This document shows, piece by piece, positions 6,957-15,822 of a stretch of 37,085 bases of DNA. Source of the DNA: Candidatus Methylomirabilales bacterium (GTDB lineage Bacteria > Methylomirabilota > Methylomirabilia > Methylomirabilales > CSP1-5); contig JBHIAH010000020.1 in the NCBI GenBank assembly GCA_046758505.1, forward strand, positions 1 to 37,085, given 5' to 3'. Under the pieces are notes generated by a model that saw nothing but the letters and a program-made list of their open reading frames with translations, was not told the origin of the DNA and made no database searches. The translations under genes and the position numbers were made by a program. Each line of letters opens with the position of its first letter. Positions within the stretch are counted from its first letter, which is position 1.

Positions 6957-8668
6957 AGATGGTACTCGTCCCAGAGGCGGGCGTAGACCCCTGCACGGTT
7001 CAGGAGCGTTCGGTGGTTTCCCTGCTCCACCAGACGCCCACGGTCCAGGACCAGAATCACGTCGGCCGCCTCGATGCTCGGCAGGCGGTGCGTGCTCACC
7101 AGAATCGTCCGCCCCCGGAAATGGGCGCGGAGGCGTTCCAGGATGATCCCCTCGGTCTCCGCGTCCACACTGGAGAGCGCATCGTCGAGGATCAGGATCC
7201 GGGGATTCGGGGCCGCGGCCCGGGCAATGGTCACCCGCTGCCGCTGCCCGCCGGAGAGGGTCACCCCCCGTTCCCCGACGACGGTTTCGATGCCGTCCGG
7301 TAACGCGGCGACCTCCTCTTCCACGGCGGCGAGGAACAGCGCGTGCTGAATGGAGGCCTCTTTCGGATCTTCGAGGCCAAAGGCGATGTTGCTGCGCAGC
7401 GTGTCCGAGAAGAGAAAGCCCTCCTGCGGGACATAGCCGATCTGCCGCCGCAGGACAGGGATGGAAAGCCGGGTGATATCGATCCCGTCCAGCACAAGCT
7501 GTCCCTCCGGGACCTCGCGCAGGCGGGGGAGCAGGCCGAGGAAGGTACTCTTTCCACCGCCGCTTGGCCCCACGAGGGCCACGAAGGCTCCGGCCGGGAT
7601 CGAAAGGGAGAGGTGGGAGAGCGCCGGGGGGCCGCTCCTGTTTCCATAGCGAAAGGTGAGGTCTTTCGCCTCGATCTCGCCTCGGACCGTCGTCGGATGG
7701 ATTGGCTGGGGGTATTCGCGGATCGCCGGCTCCTCCGCGAGTGTCTCGCCGATCCGGTCGAGCGCCACCTTGCCCCGCTGCCAGAGGCTCACGATCCAGG
7801 CCAGCGCAATGGTCGGCCACATCAGCATCCCGAGGTACGCGTTGAAGGCCACCAGCTCCCCGAGCGTCATCTGCCCCGAAGCGACCTGCTGGCCGCCGAT
7901 CGCGAGGACCAGGACTACGCCGATCCCGCCGGCAAGAGTAGTCAGCGGGTAGTAGATGCCTTCGAGGCGCACCACGCGCATCTCCTCGGCCAGGTACGCT
8001 TCGCCCTGGTCGTGGAACGCCGCGTTCAGGGCGTCCCCCAAGGTGTAGGTCTTGATGAGGCGCATCCCGGTCACCGCCTCTTGCACCTGGCCACACAGCT
8101 CCTGGTAGCGGGCCTGGGCCCGGTGGAGTGCGGCCTGCATCCGGTGGCGGAGTTTTGTGAGGGTCCAGAGGAGGACGGGCAAGGGGGCCAGGGCATACAG
8201 GGTGAGCCACGGGTTGAGGTGGGCCATGAGCGCCACGGCAGAGACCCCCACGATAGCCGTGGTGGAGAGGTGCAGCGGTCCCGCCCCCAACAGCATCCGG
8301 AGGACACTCATATCCTGGGTCGCCCGGGCCATGAGGTCCCCGGAGGGGACCCGGTCGTAGAAGCTTCCGTCCAGGCGGAGCCACTGGCGATAGAGGCGAT
8401 TGCGGAGGTCGTACTCGAGCTGACGCGATATCCCCACGATCGTCCGCCGGGCGAGGAAGCGGAAGATACCCTGGAGCAGCGTGAAGCAGAGCAGGGCGGT
8501 GGCGAAGAAGAGGAGGGTCGTGCCCGCGGGCCGCTCCCGCAGCCGATCGATGGCCTCTTTGAGGATCCATGGGATGGTCAGGCCAAAGCCGCTCGAGCAG
8601 AGGACGGCACCCAGACCGAGCAGGAGGAGCATGCGGTAGGGACGATACAATGCGAGGATTTGTCTCAT
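6923..8668 (-). CDS. ABC exporter fused permease/ATPase, MdlA-like
   Basis: TMD, GPSGGGKST, LSGGQRQR and degenerate Walker B LDDALS; likely heterodimer partner of the adjacent gene. Confidence 0.92.
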   Translation of the reverse strand: MRQILALYRPYRMLLLLGLGAVLCSSGFGLTIPWILKEAIDRLRERPAGTTLLFFATALLCFTLLQGIFRFLARRTIVGISRQLEYDLRNRLYRQWLRLDGSFYDRVPSGDLMARATQDMSVLRMLLGAGPLHLSTTAIVGVSAVALMAHLNPWLTLYALAPLPVLLWTLTKLRHRMQAALHRAQARYQELCGQVQEAVTGMRLIKTYTLGDALNAAFHDQGEAYLAEEMRVVRLEGIYYPLTTLAGGIGVVLVLAIGGQQVASGQMTLGELVAFNAYLGMLMWPTIALAWIVSLWQRGKVALDRIGETLAEEPAIREYPQPIHPTTVRGEIEAKDLTFRYGNRSGPPALSHLSLSIPAGAFVALVGPSGGGKSTFLGLLPRLREVPEGQLVLDGIDITRLSIPVLRRQIGYVPQEGFLFSDTLRSNIAFGLEDPKEASIQHALFLAAVEEEVAALPDGIETVVGERGVTLSGGQRQRVTIARAAAPNPRILILDDALSSVDAETEGIILERLRAHFRGRTILVSTHRLPSIEAADVILVLDRGRLVEQGNHRTLLNRAGVYARLWDEYHLVQSPELRVEG

Positions 8669-8808
8669 GTTTCGCTCTTGTAACAGAGGCGGGATCGGTA
8701 GTCAATGATGGGGCGCGCGCGTGCTTCCCTCGCCGATGGAATGGCACTTGAGTGTGCCGATGTCAGAGGGCACTAGTTTTGGCTTTAGGCAGTACGCAAG
8801 TGAAGGGG

Positions 8809-9114
8809 TCAACGGGGCAACGGGGGCGTCCTGTGTCCGAACAAAAGGTCTCTGAAGCTTTCGTAAACATCCCGGCGGGGACCCCCATAATGAATCTCGA
8901 TGCTAGACTCCTCGTGGTTGATCCGGTAAATGATGCGATACCTGCCGGTGCGGAGGGACCGGAAGTTTCTCAACTCAAACTGAAGTTCCCTGCCTATCAG
9001 GGGGTCTTTCGTGATGTCCCTCATCCCTGCTCGGACGACGGCCTTGATCGTCGGATGGAGCTTTTTGATGATGCGTGAGGCCTCGGGGGTGTAGCGGACC
9101 CGGTAGGTCTTCAT
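8809..9114 (-). CDS. Type II toxin, RelE/ParE family
   Basis: YRVRYTPEA...DPLIG..L...RSLRTGRYRIIY..GPRRDVY pattern; ATGA overlap with the antitoxin. Confidence 0.85.
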   Translation of the reverse strand: MKTYRVRYTPEASRIIKKLHPTIKAVVRAGMRDITKDPLIGRELQFELRNFRSLRTGRYRIIYRINHEESSIEIHYGGPRRDVYESFRDLLFGHRTPPLPR

Positions 9115-9383
9115 CCTTTCCCGAAAACCTCTTCGTGGCTGATCCAGCGGCCGGCCCGGGCCTCCCGGAGGGAGCGGCGGAGGGACGCCATCGCGTTTTC
9201 ATCGCTTAAGATGTCGATGGTCTCCAAGAGTCCCTCGAACTTTTCCACGCTGAGGAGGACAGCCGCCGGGACACCGTTCTTGGTGATGGCGACGATGTCA
9301 TCCTTTGCCTGGAGGTCCCTGATCAGGTCGAGAAGCCGATTCTTGGCTTCCGTGATGGGGATGAAGCGGTCCACCTCTTTCAT
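9111..9383 (-). CDS. Type II antitoxin, Phd/YefM family
   Basis: IPITEAKNRL..L......IVAITKNGVPAAVLLS.E.FEGLLET; GGAGGT RBS. Confidence 0.88.
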   Translation of the reverse strand: MKEVDRFIPITEAKNRLLDLIRDLQAKDDIVAITKNGVPAAVLLSVEKFEGLLETIDILSDENAMASLRRSLREARAGRWISHEEVFGKG

Positions 9384-9403
9384 GATCACCTCCGTGGGGA
9401 GCG

Positions 9404-9447
9404 GCCATTTTTATGGCTAGTATACTGGTTTGTTCCGCCCCCGTCAA
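9404..9447 (-). promoter_or_regulatory. TA operon promoter and candidate operator
   Basis: TTGACG (9447-9442), 17 nt spacer, TATACT (9424-9419); palindrome GCCAT-N4-ATGGC at 9404-9417. Confidence 0.7.
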
Positions 9448-9538
9448 TATGAAATCCCCTTGGGAGCCCTCTCTGAAGAAAGTGCGATTTGGGCTTGACA
9501 AAGGGGGTACCTGTTGCGTCAAATTGGGGCAGCTCTAG

Positions 9539-9670
9539 GCGACCCTTGGGGTTGTCGCAGCGGTGTTCGACAGATCAGGGGAAGAATTAGCTTCCCATAG
9601 GCGGTAGGAACATGGACCTGGGGTAATCAGAGCCCCCGGCCCACCTGCGACACGATCGACGGCGCACCAA
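9539..9670 (+). ncRNA. Unidentified structured RNA candidate
   Basis: No credible ORF. TTGACA at 9495-9500; several helices (TGTCGCAG/CTGCGACA, GGGAAG/CTTCCC, GCGAC/GTCGC); strong terminator directly after. Confidence 0.45.
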
Positions 9671-9677
9671 ACACTCA

Positions 9678-9724
9678 GACGCCTTCTCGGGCGTAGCATG
9701 GCCCGGGAAGGCGTTCTGTTTTTT
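9678..9724 (+). terminator. Rho-independent terminator
   Basis: GACGCCTTCTCGGGC-N8-GCCCGGGAAGGCGTT followed by CTGTTTTTT. Confidence 0.8.
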
Positions 9725-9835
9725 CGGGAGGGTCACCCGCTAGCGCGGACTTGCTTGTAGCATGAAAGGAGCGTGGATTATCTCCTGTATAAATCACCCG
9801 TTTGATGCAACGGGATATTACAAAGGAGGTAGACA

Positions 9836-10387
9836 ATGAAAGTGAGTAAGGGGATGCGGAGAGATTGGCTACCCCCTTCCCTGGGGATCACATTGATGCT
9901 TATTCTTGTTGGATGTGGAGCGGGGAAAACCTTGGTGATGAAACCACCAGAAACCAAGCTGCGTGTCACTTCAGTAAGTTTTTCCGAGGGAAACTCGACA
10001 ATCGCTGTTCCAGCGGAAGCCAAGAAAGCGTTCGAAGAGAAGCTCGCTGAGTTACTTTATGAAGAACAAAAAGAAGCAGACGAATATGAAAAAGAAAAAA
10101 ATGGAGAAGGGGCATTCAAAATGGGAGATGACCTTAAGATCAAGTATCGTTTCGTTCAGTACGACAAAGGGGACCGATTTACTCGCTGGTTCTGGGGTGG
10201 TATTGGCAATGCGGGGGAAGGGTCACTAACTATTGAAGTTAAGTACTTCGATGTTACTGACAAGGAGCTTGCCACAATCCAGTCAGAGGGAAAGATCAGC
10301 AGTGGCTTTTTTGGCGGCGCTATTAATTTTGCCGTCGGGAAGGCCGCAGAGGAAATCGCAGAATATACCGTACAGAACTTTAAGTAA
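9836..10387 (+). CDS. Lipoprotein, DUF4410-like
   Basis: AGGAGG RBS, lipobox LVGC, GDRFTRWFWGGIG.AG motif; visibly more A+T-rich than the flanks. Confidence 0.75.
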   Translation: MKVSKGMRRDWLPPSLGITLMLILVGCGAGKTLVMKPPETKLRVTSVSFSEGNSTIAVPAEAKKAFEEKLAELLYEEQKEADEYEKEKNGEGAFKMGDDLKIKYRFVQYDKGDRFTRWFWGGIGNAGEGSLTIEVKYFDVTDKELATIQSEGKISSGFFGGAINFAVGKAAEEIAEYTVQNFK

Positions 10388-10533
10388 TACGAGAGGACAG
10401 GCGAGGACGCGGGGAAGAGAGGGCAACCACAGAGTCTGGTGCACTACCTTCACGCTTTGACGGCCCCTCATTCACCGCAGGCAGTGCTGACAAAGGATAA
10501 GCCCCGTGGTGTGACCGGTCAGAGGGATGCAAA

Positions 10534-10772
10534 GGGATGGGGTCAAAGGGATGGGGTCAAGTCTGCTCTTGACTCATCCTTGCAGGAGCTTCAGTATCCT
10601 GAGGGACCGTGCAGCGTTGTCGTCTCCTCCCTATCCAAGGGTGGTCTTGGACGGGGACCTCAAGCAACCACAGTGGCAGCCTTCTCAGGCCGTCATGCTT
10701 CCATTGTCGGCCGGGCGCTTCACACGGGAGCAACCAGAGGCTAGAGAAGTTAGGCAAGTCTGACACTCACCC
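10534..10772 (+). repeat. REP-like repeats flanking a possible decayed RAYT C-terminus
   Basis: Tandem GGGATGGGGTCAA x2, then GGGGTCAAGTCTGCTCTTGACTC. Distal AAGTCTGACACTCACCC. HTH-like peptide TVAAFSGRHASIVGRAL between them. Confidence 0.35.
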
Positions 10773-10863
10773 TCTCTTTGACTTCCGTTGCTTTTTCCAG
10801 CAGTATGCTTCCGGAGTTATGTGAGGCGAAAGCGGAAAAGGGGAAAGGACGGGAGGGCGAGCG

Positions 10864-11190
10864 ATGGGAGAAGGGAAAGGAAAGCACCCGCGACTACTTC
10901 AGGACTTTCAGCAACGGTTTCCCCGGGTGTGGGAAGCGCACGTGAAGCTGCGGGAGGCCTGTGACCAGGAGGGACCCTTAAGTTCCCGGGAACGGGAGCT
11001 CATCAAGGTGGGGATCTCGGCAGCGCTGCGGCGGGAAGGGGGGCTCATCGCGCACATTGATCGGGCCCGGCAAGAGGGGGTCAGTCCGGAAGAAATTTAC
11101 CAGGCCATCCTTGTGGCTATATCCTTGACCGGCTTTCCCACTACGTTAGCCGCCTTTGGCATTGCGCGAGACCGACTCGCAAGCTCCTGA
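10864..11190 (+). CDS. Carboxymuconolactone decarboxylase (AhpD-like) family protein
   Basis: GPLSSRERELIKVGISAA....G...H...A...G.S.EEI.QAIL......GFP; GGAGG RBS. Confidence 0.85.
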   Translation: MGEGKGKHPRLLQDFQQRFPRVWEAHVKLREACDQEGPLSSRERELIKVGISAALRREGGLIAHIDRARQEGVSPEEIYQAILVAISLTGFPTTLAAFGIARDRLASS

Positions 11191-11200
11191 GAGCGGGCCC

Positions 11201-11278
11201 TCAGCTCTCAGCAATCGGCTGTCAGCTATCAGCTTCGGGACCCCCGGGCGGACTGCCGACGGCTGACTGCTGATAGCT
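11201..11278. repeat. Inverted pair of heptamer arrays between convergent genes
   Basis: tcagctc-tcagcaa-tcggctg-tcagcta-tcagct versus gactgcc-gacggct-gactgct-gatagct; can form a long hairpin. Confidence 0.75.
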
Positions 11279-11279
11279 C

Positions 11280-11477
11280 CTACGGGGCGTCGTACGCGTC
11301 GATTCCTGCGAGGATCCAGCCTGTTTCGGCTGCTTCGCGGCTCTGGAGCAGTTGCTGCCCTGCGGCGCAAAGATCCTGGGGATCTGCCTGCTCGCCACCG
11401 GCACCGTGGCAGGCGGAGCAATCAGAGAAATGATCGGCAACGCGCCGAGAGGTCACTTCGAGCACATCGGATGTCAC
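11280..11477 (-). CDS. Small (65 aa) Cys/His protein, putative metal-binding
   Basis: GGAGGA RBS 6 nt before GTG 11477; H-x3-C-x2-C-H...C-x2-G-x2-L motif; stop abuts the repeat hairpin. Confidence 0.6.
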   Translation of the reverse strand: MTSDVLEVTSRRVADHFSDCSACHGAGGEQADPQDLCAAGQQLLQSREAAETGWILAGIDAYDAP

Positions 11478-11638
11478 CGGTACTCCTCCCAAGAACTGGG
11501 GCTTAAAGTGCAAGGTTTGTTCCAAAGACGGAAAATTGGTTCTGCGGGTTCCTCCAGGTGGACGCACCGAAAGGGCAGGGATGCGGCGAAAAATTTCCTT
11601 GTCGAGCGAGAGGACATGGAATAGTCTAAGATTCTGAG

Positions 11639-12403
11639 ATGGGGCTCAGATCGAGCGAAGCCGTCGTTATTGGAGGCCATAATCTCGGGGAAGCGGACCG
11701 GATCGTCGTCTTTTACGCCCGAAGCTACGGCAAGGTCCGGGCCGTGGCGGCGGGCGCGCGGCGGATTCGGAGCCGATTCGGTGGAAGCCTCGAGCTTTTC
11801 ACCCATGGCCGGCTTGTCTATTTTGAGCGGCCCAACACCGATCTGCACCGCCTGAACGAATTTGCCATCCGACAACCGTTCCACGGGCTTCGAAGCTCCT
11901 TGGGCCTCCTGACGGCCGCCTCGGAGGTGGCCGAACTCGCCGGAATCACCGGGATGGAGGGAGAGGGGAGCGATGAGCTCTTTGCCCTGATCGTCGGGAC
12001 CCTCGGGGGGCTCAATGCCGGGATGGAGCCGGCGCTGCTCCTTCGGACCTTCGAGATCCGACTCCTCAAGACCGTCGGCTATCTCCCCGAGCTGGAGAAG
12101 TGTGTCCGGTGTCGGGGAACACTGCGCGAGGGTGTGCAGAGTTTCGGGCTGAATGAGGGGGGTCTTCTCTGTCCCGCCTGTCGGGTGGAGGCTATAGAGA
12201 CCCTGGCGGTCTCGCGGCCGGCGTTGGGGTTCCTCAGAATGGCGCTCAGGCGGGACATGGACCTGAGCCGTGTTGCCCTGGATCCCGAGGTCCCGAAAGA
12301 GCTCCGGTCACTCCTGCAGACCTTTTTGGAATTCAAGCTGGGGCGCAGGATCCGCTCGGCCCGTTTCCTTGCCGGCATTCCGGGCTTTTCCCTTGACACC
12401 TGA
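11639..12403 (+). CDS. recO: DNA repair protein RecO
   Basis: GEADRIV..GKV.AVA.GARR..SRFGGSLELF, FEIRLL...GY.P and a C4 zinc motif; upstream of glyQS. Confidence 0.93.
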   Translation: MGLRSSEAVVIGGHNLGEADRIVVFYARSYGKVRAVAAGARRIRSRFGGSLELFTHGRLVYFERPNTDLHRLNEFAIRQPFHGLRSSLGLLTAASEVAELAGITGMEGEGSDELFALIVGTLGGLNAGMEPALLLRTFEIRLLKTVGYLPELEKCVRCRGTLREGVQSFGLNEGGLLCPACRVEAIETLAVSRPALGFLRMALRRDMDLSRVALDPEVPKELRSLLQTFLEFKLGRRIRSARFLAGIPGFSLDT

Positions 12404-12422
12404 TCGTCCCATTGAGTAAGCT
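12393..12422 (+). promoter_or_regulatory. Sigma70 promoter for glyQS
   Basis: TTGACA (12393-12398), 18 nt spacer, TAAGCT (12417-12422). Confidence 0.5.
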
Positions 12423-12559
12423 CAATCCCAAATTTCATGGGGACTTGGGCCTATCCCGGTCTCCTACCTGCCCCCCCGGGGGACGGGAGTTCCCCGGAGA
12501 ATTGCTGCCCGACGCAGGGGTACCCACCTTTGCCGGGCATCCTGCTCGGAGGGAGGAGG

Positions 12560-13440
<881 letters not shown>

Positions 13441-13441
<1 letters not shown>

Positions 13442-13512
13442 TTCATGGTTCACGGTTCAGGGTTCACGGCGGGACGTAGAGTCCGGAAAAGCTCGAGCCG
13501 GAAACTATGAAT
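13441..13512. repeat. Heptamer repeats between glyQ and glyS
   Basis: gttcatg-gttcacg-gttcagg-gttcacg with a degenerate inverted copy before glyS. Confidence 0.7.
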
Positions 13513-13522
13513 GGAGACCTTG

Positions 13523-15604
13523 ATGGCAAGAGAGAAAGAGCTATTGTTCGAGATCGGGACCGAGGAGATTCCGTCGGTCTACATGGCCGATGCCCTCCGG
13601 GATTTTCACGGGGTGGCTGATCGGGTCCTGCGTGAGGCCCGCCTGAGCTTCGGCCGGGTCCGGACCCTGGGGACCCCCCGGCGTCTGACCCTGCACGTCG
13701 AGGCGCTCGCCGACCGGCAAGCGGATGAGGTGCGGGAGGTGGTCGGCCCGCCGAAGTCAGCCGCCTATGATGCCGGGGGGAAGCCGACCCCGGCCGCCCT
13801 CGGCTTTGCCCGGGCCCAGGGCCTCTCCGTCGAGCAATTGCGAATTCGGCCCACGGAGCGCGGGGACTATGTCATTGCCAGAAAAAAGGTCAAAGGGTCC
13901 AAGACCACCGACGTCCTCCCGTCGCTCCTGCCCAAGATCATGTCGTCACTCACATTTCCCAAGAGCATGCGGTGGGGTGATTCGACCATTCGCTTCGTCC
14001 GTCCGATCCGTTGGCTCCTCGCCTTGTTTGGGGGGAGGGTGGTGGAGATCGAGATCGACGGGATTCGGAGTGGCGCGAAAACGTACGGGCATCGCTTTCT
14101 CGCTCCCAAGCCGATCCGGCTCCGAACGTTCCAGGAGTATCTCGCGCGGCTGGAGGAGAGATTCGTCATTGTGGATCAGGATCGGCGGCGAGACCTTGTG
14201 ACACAGCTCGTGACGGAGGCGGCTCGGCAGGTGGGAGGCGAGCCGCTTCTCGATGCGGACTTGGTGGAACAGGTTATTCATCTGGTGGAGTATCCCACGC
14301 TCGTTCGTGGTGGTTTTCCCGAGCAGTACTTGAGCTTGCCTCGCGAGGTGATTATCACCCCGATGCGAAAGCATCAACGCTACTTTCCGGTGGTGAACAG
14401 GCAGGGAAAACTGCTGCCCCACTTCGTCGCCGTCTCGAACATGAAGGCCTCGGATATGGATGTCGTCTGCCTGGGGAACGAGCGCGTCTTGCGGGCGCGA
14501 TTAGCGGATGCCGACTTCTATTTTAAGGAGGACCAGAAGAAACTTCCCCTCGAAAAATTGCTCCCCCGCCTGGGCGAGATCCTCTTCCAGGAGCGGCTCG
14601 GGAGCCTCCTGGACAAGACGCGTCGAATCACGGAGCTCGCCGGTTTCATCGCCAAGGCGGTCGACGCGGCGCTCGAGCAGGACGCACGTCGGGCCGCCAC
14701 CCTGTGCAAGGCCGACCTGGCCAGTGGGATGATCCGGGAATTTACGGAACTGCAGGGAGTGATGGGGCGTTACTATGCAGAAATGAGCGGGGAGAAGGCA
14801 GAGGTCGCGTCCGCCATTGAGGAACACTACCGGCCGCGGTACGCGGGGGATACCGTTCCGAAGTCACAGGTCGGCGCCCTGGTCGGGGTGGCGGATCGGA
14901 TCGACAGCATCGGCGGCTGTTTCGGCATCGGGCTGATCCCCACCGGCTCCGAGGACCCATACGCGTTACGCAGGGCGGCCCTGGGCCTGCTGCTGACCCT
15001 GACGGAGCGGGAGCTCTCCGTCTCCCTCAGCGCCCTGGCCCAGAAGGCCCTGGAGCTCCTCGGGGACCGCGTCAGCCGTCCTCACGCGGAAGCCTTGCGG
15101 GACATCCTGGGGTTCCTTCGGGTCCGCTGCGAGGGGATCATGGTCGATCGGGGGATCCCGGCTGACGTGGCGGCTGCGGTGCTCCAGGCAGGCTTTGAGG
15201 ACATCCCGGGGGCCTTTCGACGCGCACAGGCCCTGGCCCGGGCAAAGCAGGATCCGGATTTTTCGTCCCTGACGGTCGCCTTCAAGCGGGTTGTCAATAT
15301 TCTTCCCCGTGATTTTACGGGGGGGGTGGCGGAAGGCTGGTTGCAGGAAGAGGCGGAGCGGGCCCTCTACGAGGCGGTGAAGGCCTTGCAAGGAGAGGTG
15401 GCTGGCCTGACGGACCGTGGGGAGTACGACGAAGCCCTGAAGCGGATCGCCACGCTGCGGCCCGCAGTGGACCGCTTTTTTAATGATGTCCTGGTGATGG
15501 TCGAGGAGCCTGCAGTCCGGGACAATCGCCTGGGACTCCTGGCCGAGACGGCCGGCCTGTTCAGCCGGATTGCCGACTTTCGGCAGGTTGCTGTGGTCAG
15601 CTAA
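13523..15604 (+). CDS. glyS: Glycine-tRNA ligase beta subunit
   Basis: LLFEIGTEEIP, TPRRL, FVRPIRW, HQRYFP, GNERVLRARL.DA, EFTELQG, PTGSEDPYALRR. Confidence 0.98.
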   Translation: MAREKELLFEIGTEEIPSVYMADALRDFHGVADRVLREARLSFGRVRTLGTPRRLTLHVEALADRQADEVREVVGPPKSAAYDAGGKPTPAALGFARAQGLSVEQLRIRPTERGDYVIARKKVKGSKTTDVLPSLLPKIMSSLTFPKSMRWGDSTIRFVRPIRWLLALFGGRVVEIEIDGIRSGAKTYGHRFLAPKPIRLRTFQEYLARLEERFVIVDQDRRRDLVTQLVTEAARQVGGEPLLDADLVEQVIHLVEYPTLVRGGFPEQYLSLPREVIITPMRKHQRYFPVVNRQGKLLPHFVAVSNMKASDMDVVCLGNERVLRARLADADFYFKEDQKKLPLEKLLPRLGEILFQERLGSLLDKTRRITELAGFIAKAVDAALEQDARRAATLCKADLASGMIREFTELQGVMGRYYAEMSGEKAEVASAIEEHYRPRYAGDTVPKSQVGALVGVADRIDSIGGCFGIGLIPTGSEDPYALRRAALGLLLTLTERELSVSLSALAQKALELLGDRVSRPHAEALRDILGFLRVRCEGIMVDRGIPADVAAAVLQAGFEDIPGAFRRAQALARAKQDPDFSSLTVAFKRVVNILPRDFTGGVAEGWLQEEAERALYEAVKALQGEVAGLTDRGEYDEALKRIATLRPAVDRFFNDVLVMVEEPAVRDNRLGLLAETAGLFSRIADFRQVAVVS

Positions 15605-15822
15605 CGCCGAGGGCGCGGATATGCAATGCCCCCTTCGGATGATCGGAGTCCTGGTCTCGCGTTCACCCAGACGCTGTCTTGCTCGAGGAAGCGCCTCACC
15701 CTGCACGGGTGGGCGGGTCGCCGTTTCGCCGGACGGGGGGAAACGAGGGGAATGGGCACGGGGAATGCATAGCATAGAATAGCTGAACGGTGCGCCGACT
15801 GAGGCGTGGGGGCGAAGGAATC

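Noticed and set aside
4750..8747. Long ORFs 4750-6498, 6930-8747 and 7343-8683
   Set aside because: Arg/Pro/Gly-rich alternate-frame or antisense shadows of the ABC genes, typical of high-GC DNA.
11280..11477. CSACH as a c-type heme site
   Set aside because: No signal peptide or TM anchor and no obvious distal ligand; a Zn-type motif is more plausible.
12423..12559. T-box leader before glyQS; ORF start at 12437
   Set aside because: No T-box antiterminator consensus. The 41-aa extension is non-conserved and an SD sequence precedes ATG 12560.
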